Assembly: GCA_016176685.1 (NCBI GenBank)
Contig: JACOWS010000002.1
Span: 30,608 to 94,607 of the forward strand
Direction: 5' to 3'
Source: Patescibacteria group bacterium
Lineage (GTDB): Bacteria; Patescibacteriota; Minisyncoccia; Phycocordibacterales; SBAW01
Length of the DNA: 64,000 nucleotides
Shown: one piece after another, positions 1 through 9,895 of the stretch
How the letters are laid out: each line of letters starts with the position of its first letter
Numbering within the stretch: position 1 is the stretch's first letter
Made by a program: the position numbers and the translations under genes
Notes under the pieces: generated by a model
What the model saw: the letters and a program-made list of their open reading frames with translations, nothing else
The model's database searches: none
What the model was told of the DNA's origin: nothing

Positions 1-663
1 CGTCACCTTAACGAGTACTCCTCAATGGACTTTGAAATGGGCTTTATACACGACCACACCGACGTGATGACTGTGCTTGAAAAGGCAATACGCCATATTG
101 TTGAAAAGGTGCAGGGACACCACCTAGATGTGTTCGAGCTTTTTGGCGCAGAACTTCCCCTTTTACCGGAAAAGATTCCTGTTTTGAAACTGCGCGAAGC
201 ACAAGATATTTTGGGGGTGGAAGAGGAGCCAGACCTCGAGCCGGAGCATGAGAAAAAACTTTGCGAGTGGGCAAAAAAAGAAAAGGGGAGCGATTTTGTG
301 TTTGTCACCCACTACCCAGTTTCCAAACGCCCATTTTATACCTACGAAGACGAGGCGGACCCAGGCTACACCAAGAGTTTCGACCTTTTGTTTCGCGGGC
401 TGGAGATCACCACCGGCGGTCAGCGTGTCCACGACTACGACACTTTAGTGGAGAAAATAAAAGACAAAGGGATGAACTCGGAAAAGTTCTCCTTTTACCT
501 GCAGGCGTTTAAGGTGGGATTACCGCCGCATGGAGGCAGCGCCACGGGGCTTGAGCGTGTAACCGCGCGACTCCTTAACCTGCCCAATGTCAAAGAGGCG
601 ACCCTATTCCCCCGCGACCTCAACCGCATCGACCTCCTCCTCTCCACCGATAAAAAAGAGTAA
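1..663 (+). CDS. aspS: Aspartyl-tRNA synthetase, archaeal/non-discriminating type (C-terminal part; 5' end outside window)
   Basis: Class IIb motifs SFDLLFRGLEITTGGQRVH and PPHGG..GLER, ending LFPRD; frame open from the window start. Confidence 0.9.
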   Translation, partial: RHLNEYSSMDFEMGFIHDHTDVMTVLEKAIRHIVEKVQGHHLDVFELFGAELPLLPEKIPVLKLREAQDILGVEEEPDLEPEHEKKLCEWAKKEKGSDFVFVTHYPVSKRPFYTYEDEADPGYTKSFDLLFRGLEITTGGQRVHDYDTLVEKIKDKGMNSEKFSFYLQAFKVGLPPHGGSATGLERVTARLLNLPNVKEATLFPRDLNRIDLLLSTDKKE

Positions 664-708
664 CTACCGCGCCGGCTTTAAAATCACCTTATTTTTAGCT
701 ACAATAGG

Positions 709-1944
709 GTGGATATGGAAAAAGCGTACACCCCCAGTAAAGTAGTATTAAAGCGCTATGCCGACGTGCTGGTCAAGTTTGCACTTAACCACGGCAAGGG
801 TATTAAAAAAGGAGACGTAGTCAACATCAACGGGCCGGAGAGTTCTAAGCCGCTGTTTTTGGCTGTACGCACGGCAATTTTAAAAGCTGGCGGGCATGTG
901 ATACAGCACTACCTGCCGGATGACGACGACCGCTACAATTTTAGCGCCACGTTTTTTGAGCATGCCAAAGCGCATCAGCTCGACTTTTTTCCGCAACACT
1001 ACTTTAGGGGGTTGGTTGACCAAATGGACCATGTGTTGTTTATACTCGGCAACACCGACCCGCATGCGCTCAAAGGTGTCCATCCTAAAAAAATCATGCG
1101 TCGCGGAGAGGCGATGAAGCCTTACCTAAACTGGCGCCGGCACAAGGAACATCAGGGTAAATTGTCTTGGACTATCGCACTCTACGGCACGCCGGCTATG
1201 GCAAAAGAGGCCGGCCTTTCACCCCGCGCTTACTGGAAGGAAATCGAAAAGGCCTGTTTTCTAAAAGACAAAAACCCCGTCGCCGCTTGGCGCCGCGTCT
1301 ATCGCGACATCCACGCTTACAACCGCAAACTTGACGCCCTTTCTCCTTACATTGAAAAACTCCATATAGAAGGAGCTGATGCGGACCTCTGGATTACTCT
1401 GGGCAAAAAGCGCAGGTGGCTCTCCGGCCGCGGCGCCAACGTACCTAGCTTTGAGATTTTTACCAGCCCCGACTGGCGCGGAACCGAGGGCTGGATACGC
1501 TTCAACCAGCCGCTCTACCGCTACGGCAGCCGTGTAACCGGCATTGAGTTGTGGTTTAAAAAAGGCCGTGTGGTAAAAGCAAAAGCCAAAACAGGCGAGA
1601 AATTGCTTAAAGAGATGGTACACACCCCGGGAGCTGATAGGGTGGGGGAGTTTTCGCTTACAGACAAGCGTTTTTCCCGCATTACCAAGTTTATGGCGGA
1701 AACTTTGTTTGACGAAAACATCGGCGGACCCCAGGGCAACACACACATCGCGCTTGGCGCCTCATATGCCGACTCTTACGCGGGCGACGTACGCACACTG
1801 ACAGAGAAGCAAAAGATAAAGCTCGGCTTTAATGATTCCTCCGTGCACACCGACATCATCTCCACCGCCAAGCGCCGTGTTGTCGCGCACCTCTTTGGCG
1901 GCAAAACAAAAGTGATATATGAAAATGGCGAATTTGTTATATAA
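709..1944 (+). CDS. Aminopeptidase, M29 (AmpS/PepS) family
   Basis: NVPSFEIFTSP, GEF, LFDEN, HIALG, SSVHTD motifs; alternative ATG at 715. Confidence 0.9.
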   Translation: MDMEKAYTPSKVVLKRYADVLVKFALNHGKGIKKGDVVNINGPESSKPLFLAVRTAILKAGGHVIQHYLPDDDDRYNFSATFFEHAKAHQLDFFPQHYFRGLVDQMDHVLFILGNTDPHALKGVHPKKIMRRGEAMKPYLNWRRHKEHQGKLSWTIALYGTPAMAKEAGLSPRAYWKEIEKACFLKDKNPVAAWRRVYRDIHAYNRKLDALSPYIEKLHIEGADADLWITLGKKRRWLSGRGANVPSFEIFTSPDWRGTEGWIRFNQPLYRYGSRVTGIELWFKKGRVVKAKAKTGEKLLKEMVHTPGADRVGEFSLTDKRFSRITKFMAETLFDENIGGPQGNTHIALGASYADSYAGDVRTLTEKQKIKLGFNDSSVHTDIISTAKRRVVAHLFGGKTKVIYENGEFVI

Positions 1945-1963
1945 CCTTCTGCACGATATGAAT

Positions 1964-2034
1964 CCAGCACACCTGCTCAAGAGGGTAGGACTTGGCCTAG
2001 CGGCCCGGAGCGCCCTCTTGAGCAGGTGTGTTGG
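1964..2034 (+). repeat. Palindromic element family 1, copy A (22-bp arms, 27-nt conserved loop)
   Basis: ccagcacacctgctcaagaggg / TAGGACTTGGCCTAGCGGCCCGGAGCG / ccctcttgagcaggtgtgttgg (one G-T pair). Confidence 0.95.
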
Positions 2035-2043
2035 CTAAATTAT

Positions 2044-2766
2044 ATGCCCATAACGGTTAAAACTCCTGTGTACGAAGGGCCGCTCGACCTCCTTTTGGAG
2101 TTGGTGGAGAAGCGCAAGCTGCTCATTAACGACATCTCGCTGGCAGCCGTGACCGAAGAATATTTAGAGCGCGTCAACGCTATGGCAAGCGCCCCCGTAG
2201 GGGAAACGGCGGAGTTTGTCGCGCTCGCCGCCACGCTCCTCCTTATAAAATCCCGATCGCTATTGCCTTTTCTATCCCTAACCGGCGAAGAGGAGCGAGA
2301 CATTAAAGAGCTCGAGTACCGCCTTGCGCTTTACCAGATTATTAAAAAGGCTGGGAGCGGTGTTGCTGCAGCCATGAGCGCCCCCTACCTATTTGAGGGA
2401 GGTGAGCCAGAACCAGCGCCTTTATATGCTCCCGACCTTTCTGTAACAGTGGAAAGTATAAGCAATGCGGTGCATGCTCTTATCGACGGCTTTCCGCAAG
2501 CACTCATGCTACCAAAGGTTGCGGTCAAAAAAATGGTTTCGCTTGAAGAGATGGTGACGCGGCTCGAGGCGCGGGTCAGTAATGCCCTGCGCCTTTCGTT
2601 TAAAGAGTTTTCAGGGCTTGGAAAACGCGAGCGTACCGAGGTGGTGGTGAGCTTTTTGGCGCTCCTGGAGCTGGTAAAAAGGGGTATAATAAAAGTCACA
2701 CAGGAGCGAGACTTCGGGGATATTATGCTTGAGTCTGATTCTGTTTCTACACCTACATATGAATGA
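2044..2766 (+). CDS. scpA: Segregation and condensation protein A
   Basis: YEGPLDLLLELV N-terminus, FLALLEL C-terminus; followed by scpB. Confidence 0.93.
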   Translation: MPITVKTPVYEGPLDLLLELVEKRKLLINDISLAAVTEEYLERVNAMASAPVGETAEFVALAATLLLIKSRSLLPFLSLTGEEERDIKELEYRLALYQIIKKAGSGVAAAMSAPYLFEGGEPEPAPLYAPDLSVTVESISNAVHALIDGFPQALMLPKVAVKKMVSLEEMVTRLEARVSNALRLSFKEFSGLGKRERTEVVVSFLALLELVKRGIIKVTQERDFGDIMLESDSVSTPTYE

Positions 2767-3322
2767 CCGAGAGCTTATTACACGTCTAGAGGCTCTCCTT
2801 TTTGCGCTGGGGCCATTAAGCCGCGAGGAGCTTGCTAAGTCTCTTGATGTACCTCTGCCGGAGTGCGAGAGGGTTCTTGCGACACTGATTATGGAAAGCC
2901 GTACACGCGGGGTGGTGGTTGTATACGACGGCTCCATGGCCGAGATGCGCGCTTCGCCGCAAGCCGCGGAGCATATAGAGCGTGTGCGTAAAGAAGCGTT
3001 TACCAGAGAAATAGGCCGCGCAGGGCAAGAGACATTGGCCGCGGTGTTGTACCGGGGGCCGCTCACCCGCAGCGAGATAGACTTTATACGCGGGGTCAAC
3101 TCGAGCCACATCCTGCGCACGCTTACCATGCGCGGGTTGGTGCGCAAAGTGGCGAACCCAAAAGATACGCGCTCCTTTTTGTACGAACCCACCACCGAAA
3201 CGTACGCACACCTGGGGGTGCAGGGGCGCGGCGACTTGCCCGGCTATACGACGGTGCGCCAACAGCTGGCCGCGCTTGAGGAAACCTATCGTTCCGAGCA
3301 GGACTCAACCAACTCATCATGA
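2759..3322 (+). CDS. scpB: Segregation and condensation protein B
   Basis: LEALLF, ETLAAVLYRGPLTRSEIDFIRGVNS; overlaps the scpA stop. Confidence 0.93.
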   Translation: MNDRELITRLEALLFALGPLSREELAKSLDVPLPECERVLATLIMESRTRGVVVVYDGSMAEMRASPQAAEHIERVRKEAFTREIGRAGQETLAAVLYRGPLTRSEIDFIRGVNSSHILRTLTMRGLVRKVANPKDTRSFLYEPTTETYAHLGVQGRGDLPGYTTVRQQLAALEETYRSEQDSTNSS

Positions 3323-3329
3323 TATCTAT

Positions 3330-4226
3330 ATGATAAAACCCATCACTCTTACTCGCACTACCTACACTTTTTTATTCGCAACAGCTTCTCTGTGTCTTGC
3401 GGTACTCATCACCATACAGGTGCCGCCATTTATGGGCGTGCCGGTTGAAGCTAAGGAGCTGGCGGTATTCCCCGCTCCTATCACGCTTCCCGCGGAGGAT
3501 ATAGCAGCAAAAGCGGCCGTGCTTTATGACCCAACCACCGGCCAGATTTTATTTGCAAAAAATGCTACAAGGCCTCTCGCGCTCGCGTCCCTTACCAAAC
3601 TCATGACCGCGCAGGTCATTTTGGCTCAATCCAGCGAACAGCAGGTAGTTACCATTACTTCGCAAAACTTGCGGCCGGAAGGCGACTGGGGTCTCCGTCC
3701 CGGAGAGAAGTGGTCGGTTGAGCAATTGCTGCGCTTTGGTCTTGTCGCTTCAGCAAACGACGCAATGGCCGCAGCCGCGGATGCCATTGGCCCCACCATT
3801 ATCGACGAGATGAACCGCACCGCAAGGGTCTTGGGGCTTTCGCAGACGCACTTTTCAAACCCTACCGGGTTGGATCTCGACCTGGAAACCGCCGGGGCGT
3901 ATGGGTCGGCCTACGATGTCGCGCTTCTTGCAACCTCTTTTATGCAACGCTATCCGACTCTTTTGGGGGCTACCGCCCAGCCGTCAGTTACCATAACTTC
4001 AGGCGAAGTACAGCTTAACGCCACCTCAACCGACACGCCGCTCTTGGACATCCCAGGGCTAGTAGGTGCAAAAACAGGATACACTGACCTGGCAGGCGGC
4101 AACCTTATTGTTGTGTTTGATGTAGAGATAGGACATCCGCTTATTGCGGTTGTGCTCGGTTCAACGCGCGAAAAACGTTTTGATGATATACGTGCTCTGG
4201 TGGTGGCCGTGCGCGCCAAACGATAA
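3330..4226 (+). CDS. D-alanyl-D-alanine carboxypeptidase (peptidase S11)
   Basis: SLTK, SAN, KTG motifs; N-terminal TM helix. Confidence 0.9.
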   Translation: MIKPITLTRTTYTFLFATASLCLAVLITIQVPPFMGVPVEAKELAVFPAPITLPAEDIAAKAAVLYDPTTGQILFAKNATRPLALASLTKLMTAQVILAQSSEQQVVTITSQNLRPEGDWGLRPGEKWSVEQLLRFGLVASANDAMAAAADAIGPTIIDEMNRTARVLGLSQTHFSNPTGLDLDLETAGAYGSAYDVALLATSFMQRYPTLLGATAQPSVTITSGEVQLNATSTDTPLLDIPGLVGAKTGYTDLAGGNLIVVFDVEIGHPLIAVVLGSTREKRFDDIRALVVAVRAKR

Positions 4227-4233
4227 ATAACGT

Positions 4234-5289
4234 ATGACTACTTTAGACCTAATGCGCATATTTTTGCCATCCTTGATCGCATTCCTCTTTGGCGTGGGGA
4301 TGACGCCGTTTGTAAGTCATGTGCTTTATACGTACCGCTTTTGGAAGCCGCGCGCGGGGAAAATCGGACTCGATGGCACGCCCGCCGAAACTTTTAACCG
4401 TCTGCATGAAAAAAGAGAAGTCGGCACGCCGCGCGCCGGGGGCATCTTGGTGTGGGGAAGTGTACTGGTAACCGCAGGGGTCTTGAGACTCCTCTCTATT
4501 AATTTTCCCGAGGTGTTTGCACAAATTGATTTTATCAGCCGCACCCAAACCTGGCTGCCGCTTGCGGCTTTAGCGGCGGGAGCCCTGGTGGGTTTCGCAG
4601 ACGATTACTTCGAAGTGCGCGGGCGCGGCGGTTTGCCATTGCGTGTGCGCCTGCTTGCGGTGGCCATGGTAGCGTCGTTTTGCGCCTGGTGGTTTTTTAG
4701 CAAGCTGGGGGTGTCGGCGATTTCTTTCCCGTTCGTGGAGGGGCCGCTAGAGCTTGGGTGGCTGTTTATACCGTTTTTTGTTTTGACCGCGTTATTTTTA
4801 TACGCCAGCGGCGTTATAGACGGAATAGACGGACTTTCAGGCGGTGTCTACGGAGCAATTTTTGCCGCATACGCAGGGCTCGCATTTTTCCAAAACCAGA
4901 TGGACATCGCCGGGCTGTCTGCAGCAATAACCGGGGCTCTCTTGGCGTTTTTATGGTTTAACATCCCGCCAGCCCGCTTTTACCTTTCTGAAACGGGGAC
5001 CATGGGGCTCGCACTCGCACTGACCGTTATAGCATTTTTAACAGATGCGCACGGTTACGGACGCGGAGTGCTGGCTCTCCCGGTTATTGCGTTTCCGTTG
5101 GTGGTGACCGTTCTGTCTGTCATAGTACAGATGTCTTCCAAAAAACTTTTTGGGCATAAAATCTTACGCGTTGCGCCGCTCCACCATCACTTTGAAGCAA
5201 TAGGTTGGCCGGCATACAAGGTAACCATGCGATACTGGGTCGTCAGTATGATTGCCGCCATTATAGGCCTTTCTATAGCGCTATTGTGA
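4234..5289 (+). CDS. mraY: Phospho-N-acetylmuramoyl-pentapeptide transferase
   Basis: GTP, GFADD, DGIDGL, APLHHHFE motifs; polytopic membrane protein. Confidence 0.93.
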   Translation: MTTLDLMRIFLPSLIAFLFGVGMTPFVSHVLYTYRFWKPRAGKIGLDGTPAETFNRLHEKREVGTPRAGGILVWGSVLVTAGVLRLLSINFPEVFAQIDFISRTQTWLPLAALAAGALVGFADDYFEVRGRGGLPLRVRLLAVAMVASFCAWWFFSKLGVSAISFPFVEGPLELGWLFIPFFVLTALFLYASGVIDGIDGLSGGVYGAIFAAYAGLAFFQNQMDIAGLSAAITGALLAFLWFNIPPARFYLSETGTMGLALALTVIAFLTDAHGYGRGVLALPVIAFPLVVTVLSVIVQMSSKKLFGHKILRVAPLHHHFEAIGWPAYKVTMRYWVVSMIAAIIGLSIALL

Positions 5290-6383
5290 GGAAGCCCGTT
5301 GACACCGCCTTTTTACTCACCGCGAGCGCTCTGGTCGTAGCCGGGCTCCTTATATTTACCTCTGCGGCTCTTGGGCTTTTGGCACGCGACGGAGGGGCCA
5401 CGTTTACCTCGGTGGCGGTCAGCCAACTCTTGCTTGGACTGGTGTGCGGGGGCATTCTGAGCTACCTTCTTGCCCGCACAGACTACCGCTTGTGGCGCCG
5501 ATACACGCCATACCTCTTTGGCTTTGCCCTGCTACTCACCCTGCTGACTCTTATCCCTCACGTAGGACTTACGCTTAAGGGAGCGTCGCGTTGGATTTCT
5601 CTTGGTCCCATCTCCTTTCAACCGTCAGAGTTGTTAAAGTTTGCGACGGTGGCGTTTCTCGCCGCGATGTATGCCACGCATTACAAACAAATAAGAACCT
5701 GGCGCTGGGGCATACTCCCGCTCATCCTTATAGCCGGCAGTGCGACTCTTGTGGTTTTACGCCAGCCAGACACCGCGAGCGCCATGGTGATAGCTCTGTC
5801 CGCAGTGGTTATGTTGTTTACTGCCGGGGGTAAACTTTCGCATCTGGCGCTCCTGGCTCTTATAGGAGTGTCTTTAGTCGGTTTTGCCGCCTACGAGCGT
5901 CCCTATGTGGCCGAACGCCTGCTGACTTTTATCAACCAGGGAGCCGACCCGCAGGGCGCCGGCTGGCAAATACAGCAGTCGCTTATATCGGTTGGCTCCG
6001 GAGGTCTCTTTGGCCGCGGATTTGGACAAAGCATAGAAAAGTTTTCCTACCTGCCGGAGCCTATCGGCGACTCGATTTTTGCAGTTGCCGGTGAGGAGTT
6101 TGGGTTTGTTGGTTCCGGAATACTCCTTGGACTCTTTGTCGCCTTTGCCGTGCTGGGGCTCCGGATAGCGGCGCGCGCGCCAGACCCGTTTGGCGGCCTT
6201 TTGGCTGTTGGCATCGTGGTCTTGATAGTTGGGCAGTCGTTTTTTAACATTGCTTCAACGCTCGGACTGGTACCCTTGGTGGGAGTTCCGCTTATATTTG
6301 TCTCGCACGGCGGGACCGCGCTTGCTATAGCGCTCATCGAGGTGGGAGTGCTGTTGAGTGTCTCTCGACGGATGAAAAAATAA
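5286..6383 (+). CDS. ftsW: SEDS peptidoglycan polymerase FtsW
   Basis: GASRWI, FQPSELLK, QPD, GSGG, GEEFG; between mraY and murG; GTG start overlapping the mraY stop. Confidence 0.9.
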   Translation: MRKPVDTAFLLTASALVVAGLLIFTSAALGLLARDGGATFTSVAVSQLLLGLVCGGILSYLLARTDYRLWRRYTPYLFGFALLLTLLTLIPHVGLTLKGASRWISLGPISFQPSELLKFATVAFLAAMYATHYKQIRTWRWGILPLILIAGSATLVVLRQPDTASAMVIALSAVVMLFTAGGKLSHLALLALIGVSLVGFAAYERPYVAERLLTFINQGADPQGAGWQIQQSLISVGSGGLFGRGFGQSIEKFSYLPEPIGDSIFAVAGEEFGFVGSGILLGLFVAFAVLGLRIAARAPDPFGGLLAVGIVVLIVGQSFFNIASTLGLVPLVGVPLIFVSHGGTALAIALIEVGVLLSVSRRMKK

Positions 6384-6408
6384 CAGAGTCTGCTACACTA
6401 CAAAGGAC

Positions 6409-7539
6409 ATGAAGATACTCTTTACCGGATCGGGTTCAGGAGGGCACTTTTACCCGATTATCGCGGTGGCCGAGTCCATGAGCGACGCGGTGCGCGAGAG
6501 AAAACTGCTTGAGCCCACATTGTACTACGCGGCACCAACTCCGTACGATCGCGAACTTCTTATAGCAAACGGTATTACCTTTGTACCGACCGCAGCAGGA
6601 AAAATGCGTCGCTATTTTTCTCTACTTAACATTGTCGACATCTTCAAAACAGGATGGGGAGTGATACGAGCTTTTGTGCGAGTGTTCTTTCTATACCCAG
6701 ACGCCGTCTTTGGCACCGGGGGCTATGCATCGTTTCCAACCATTTTAGCCGCGCGCTTTTTCCGCATACCGGTGGTGATATACGCAGCCGATGTGGTGCC
6801 CAGCCGAGTCAACCTCTGGGCGGGAAAGTTTGCGCGTAAGGTAGCCATAGCTTTTCCCGAGGCATCACGCTATTTTCCTGAAGATCGGGTCGCGCACACG
6901 GGCGCCCCGGTGCGCAAGGCGGCGCTCTTGCCCGCACGCGAGGGCATGCACGAATTCTTAAAGCTTGAACATACTGTACCGGTCCTGTTAATTCTTGGCG
7001 GCTCACAGGGAGCGCAGGTGATCAACGAGGGAGTGTTGGCGGCATTGCCACAGCTGGTGGAGAAATATCAAGTGGTGCACCAAACCGGCGAAAAAAATAT
7101 TGAGGAGATGGTCGGGCGCGCAAAAGTGGCTCTTGAAAATTCAAACCATGCGGAGCGCTATCGTCCTTTTAGCTACCTTAACGACCTGGCCTTGCGCATG
7201 GCTGCGGGCGCCGCGGCGATGGTTGTCTCACGTGCCGGATCGGGGAGCATTTTTGAAATTGCCGCGTGGGGGCTGCCTTCAATCCTAATTCCCATCCCTG
7301 AACCAACTTCCCACGACCAGGAAAAAAACGCATTTGCTTACGCTCGTTCGGGTGCCGCGGTAGTTATTGAGCAAAACAACCTGACCCCCGGGCTCCTCAT
7401 TTCCGAAATCAACCGCATTTTAGAACAGCCGGAACTCTCTCGCGGCATGTCCGAAAAAGCGCGCGCCTTTGCCCGAGTTGACGCTTCCAAAACAATAGCA
7501 AACGCCCTATTAGATATAGCAATCTCCCACGAGTCATGA
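6409..7539 (+). CDS. murG: Lipid I N-acetylglucosaminyltransferase
   Basis: GSGSGGH, GGY, GGSQGA, SRAG, HDQEKNA motifs. Confidence 0.95.
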   Translation: MKILFTGSGSGGHFYPIIAVAESMSDAVRERKLLEPTLYYAAPTPYDRELLIANGITFVPTAAGKMRRYFSLLNIVDIFKTGWGVIRAFVRVFFLYPDAVFGTGGYASFPTILAARFFRIPVVIYAADVVPSRVNLWAGKFARKVAIAFPEASRYFPEDRVAHTGAPVRKAALLPAREGMHEFLKLEHTVPVLLILGGSQGAQVINEGVLAALPQLVEKYQVVHQTGEKNIEEMVGRAKVALENSNHAERYRPFSYLNDLALRMAAGAAAMVVSRAGSGSIFEIAAWGLPSILIPIPEPTSHDQEKNAFAYARSGAAVVIEQNNLTPGLLISEINRILEQPELSRGMSEKARAFARVDASKTIANALLDIAISHES

Positions 7540-7569
7540 GCCTATAATCACACAAATATTTAAAACTCT

Positions 7570-8067
7570 ATGACTAACTATGAAGCACGCACATCCGACA
7601 ATAAGTGTGTATTTTGCGAAATCGCCAATGGCCACCTGCCGGCAGCAATTTTCTGGGAGGACAGAGAGTTTTTAGCATTCTTGTCTATTGATCCCAATAC
7701 TGAGGGTTTTTCTTGTGTTATCCCAAAACAACATTATGGGAGCGATGTACTTAAAATGCCCGATGAAATACTTATACGTTTTGTCCTGGTTGCTAAAAAA
7801 ATCAGTGAAATTCTTGAGAATTACTACACCGACGTTGGCAGAGTTGGACTTGTAATGGAAGGGACCGGGATAGATCATGCTCATATCAAACTCATACCTT
7901 TACATGATACTGAGCATATGAAGCGTGGAGAATGGAAACAATACCTTTCAAAACAAAACCATTGGTTTGACACATATGAGGGGTGGGTTTCTTCTGCTGG
8001 TGGACCATTAATTGACCGAGAGGAATTAAAAGTATTGGCGGAAAAGATACGGAAATCTCTAAAATAG
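7570..8067 (+). CDS. HIT family nucleotide hydrolase
   Basis: CVFCEI, IPKQH, degenerate triad HAHIK; AT-richer than flanks. Confidence 0.85.
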   Translation: MTNYEARTSDNKCVFCEIANGHLPAAIFWEDREFLAFLSIDPNTEGFSCVIPKQHYGSDVLKMPDEILIRFVLVAKKISEILENYYTDVGRVGLVMEGTGIDHAHIKLIPLHDTEHMKRGEWKQYLSKQNHWFDTYEGWVSSAGGPLIDREELKVLAEKIRKSLK

Positions 8068-8139
8068 GGGGTAGGGCGAGAATGGCCTATTCTCTAGCTT
8101 GACACACTGCGATGATAGGAGTAGTACTGTATCCACGCT

Positions 8140-8472
8140 ATGGGTAGCAAACACGCCGCCAGCAAGATATATTCTAATATTCTGAAGAATAACAGAATAA
8201 AGTCTGCTAGGACGCCAAAGCAATTAGAACGACACTTTAAGGGAGTCGCCAATCATCGTCGGATCGAGATTTTACTGCTTGTGGCAAAACGAGAGGGAAT
8301 CACTACGGAAGCGATTTCAACTACGCTTGACTGCAATTTTAAAACAATTTCTTCTCACACTCAACGCTTGATACAAGCTGGTTTACTAGAGAAAAAGTAC
8401 CTTGCACAAAGCGTACTCCATACGCTTTCGCCTCATGGAAAAATGGTGCACACCTTTATTCAATCATTCTGA
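8140..8472 (+). CDS. ArsR-like winged-helix transcription regulator
   Basis: ANHRRIEIL...KTISSHTQRLIQAGLL winged-HTH pattern. Confidence 0.75.
   Translation: MGSKHAASKIYSNILKNNRIKSARTPKQLERHFKGVANHRRIEILLLVAKREGITTEAISTTLDCNFKTISSHTQRLIQAGLLEKKYLAQSVLHTLSPHGKMVHTFIQSF
8170..8199. repeat. Palindrome family 3 copy, inside the HTH gene N-terminus
   Basis: tattctaatattct-ga-agaataacagaata. Confidence 0.75.
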
Positions 8473-8493
8473 TATTCTGAAGAATATCAGAAT
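8466..8493. repeat. Palindrome family 3 copy (perfect 13-2-13) over the HTH gene stop codon
   Basis: attctgatattct-ga-agaatatcagaat. Confidence 0.85.
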
Positions 8494-8541
8494 ACAAGCA
8501 GCGAAGAGGTCAAGGGTCGGAAATTCTGATATAGTTTTTAC

Positions 8542-9891
8542 ATGGGAGAAAAAATAATAACGCGGTTTGCGCCAAGCCCAACCGGGAACCTCAACATTGG
8601 CGGGGTGCGGGCGGGGATTTTTGCCTACCTGTTTGCCCGCCACAGCAAAGGGGAGTTTATCGTGCGTATAGAAGACACTGACCGGCTACGTAGTACCAAA
8701 GAGTATGAGGAGAATATTTTAGAAGCGCTTGCGTGGCTCGGGCTCGAGTATGACCGCCTCTTTAGACAGAGCGAACATGCCGCACGACACGAGGAGTTGT
8801 TGCGAAAGTTGGTTGCAGAAGGTAAGGCGTATGTGTCTCAAGAAAATACCGAGGCAACACCTTCCAAAGCTAAGGAGTCGCCTCAAAAAGGAGGGAAGGG
8901 GAGGGGTGAAGTAATCCGTTTTAAAAACCCAAATAAAACAATCAGCTTTGACGACGTGGTGCATGGCTCTATTTCCTTTGAAACCGCCGAGCTTAAAGAT
9001 TTTGTTATCGCCAAGAGTTTTACCGAGCCGGTTTTTCACTTTGCAGTCGTCGCTGACGACTGGGACGAAGGCGTAACTCACGTAGTGCGCGGCGAGGACC
9101 ACATCTCCAATACCCCCAGGCAAATACTGATCGGTGAGGCGCTTGGCGCGCCACGGCCCGTGTATGCCCACCTACCGCTTATCCTCGGCCCCGACCGCGC
9201 AAAGCTCTCTAAGCGTAAAGGGGCCAGGGCGCTCACCGAGTACCGCGAAGCGGGCTACCTACCGGAGGCTATTCTTAATTTTGATGCACTGCTGGGATGG
9301 CACCCCAGAGGAGAGGAAGAGATTTTGACCAAAGAGCAGTTGATCGAGCTGTTTACCCTTGAGCGAGTGCAAAAAAGCCCCGCGATATTTGATGAAGGAA
9401 AACTGCTCTGGTTTAACCGCGAGCATATTAAACGCCTTTCGGACGAAGAATTTGCTCGCCGGTTAGAACAATTTTCCTCTACCTCTGTAAACCCGGCACT
9501 CGTGCCGCTCCTTAAAGAGCGGGTACAAACACTCCGCGATGCTTCCGAAACTCTACAGAGCGGGGAACTTAGTTTTTTGAAGGAAGCTGCGGTATATGAC
9601 AAAGAGTTGCTTTTGAAGGGTGCCAAGGCAGAGGGCCCCGACGTGCAGAAAAACCTTTCCCGAGTGGCCGAGATGCTTGGGGAGATAGGGGTAGGAGATT
9701 TTACTGCAGAGAAAGTTACAGAGGTCGTTTTCCCCTACGCAACTAAGGTAGGGAGGGCTAGAGTATTGTGGCCTATGCGGGTAGCGCTCTGTGGGACGGA
9801 AAGGTCGCCAGACCCGTTTACTCTGGCCGGTCTTTTGGGCAAGGAAAAAACGTTGGAGCGGCTGGGTAAAGCGATCAATATGCTACAGTAA
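8542..9891 (+). CDS. gltX: Glutamyl-tRNA synthetase
   Basis: RFAPSPTG, NIGG (HIGH variant), RIEDTD, RGEDH, KLSKR. Confidence 0.95.
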   Translation: MGEKIITRFAPSPTGNLNIGGVRAGIFAYLFARHSKGEFIVRIEDTDRLRSTKEYEENILEALAWLGLEYDRLFRQSEHAARHEELLRKLVAEGKAYVSQENTEATPSKAKESPQKGGKGRGEVIRFKNPNKTISFDDVVHGSISFETAELKDFVIAKSFTEPVFHFAVVADDWDEGVTHVVRGEDHISNTPRQILIGEALGAPRPVYAHLPLILGPDRAKLSKRKGARALTEYREAGYLPEAILNFDALLGWHPRGEEEILTKEQLIELFTLERVQKSPAIFDEGKLLWFNREHIKRLSDEEFARRLEQFSSTSVNPALVPLLKERVQTLRDASETLQSGELSFLKEAAVYDKELLLKGAKAEGPDVQKNLSRVAEMLGEIGVGDFTAEKVTEVVFPYATKVGRARVLWPMRVALCGTERSPDPFTLAGLLGKEKTLERLGKAINMLQ

Positions 9892-9895
9892 AGCA

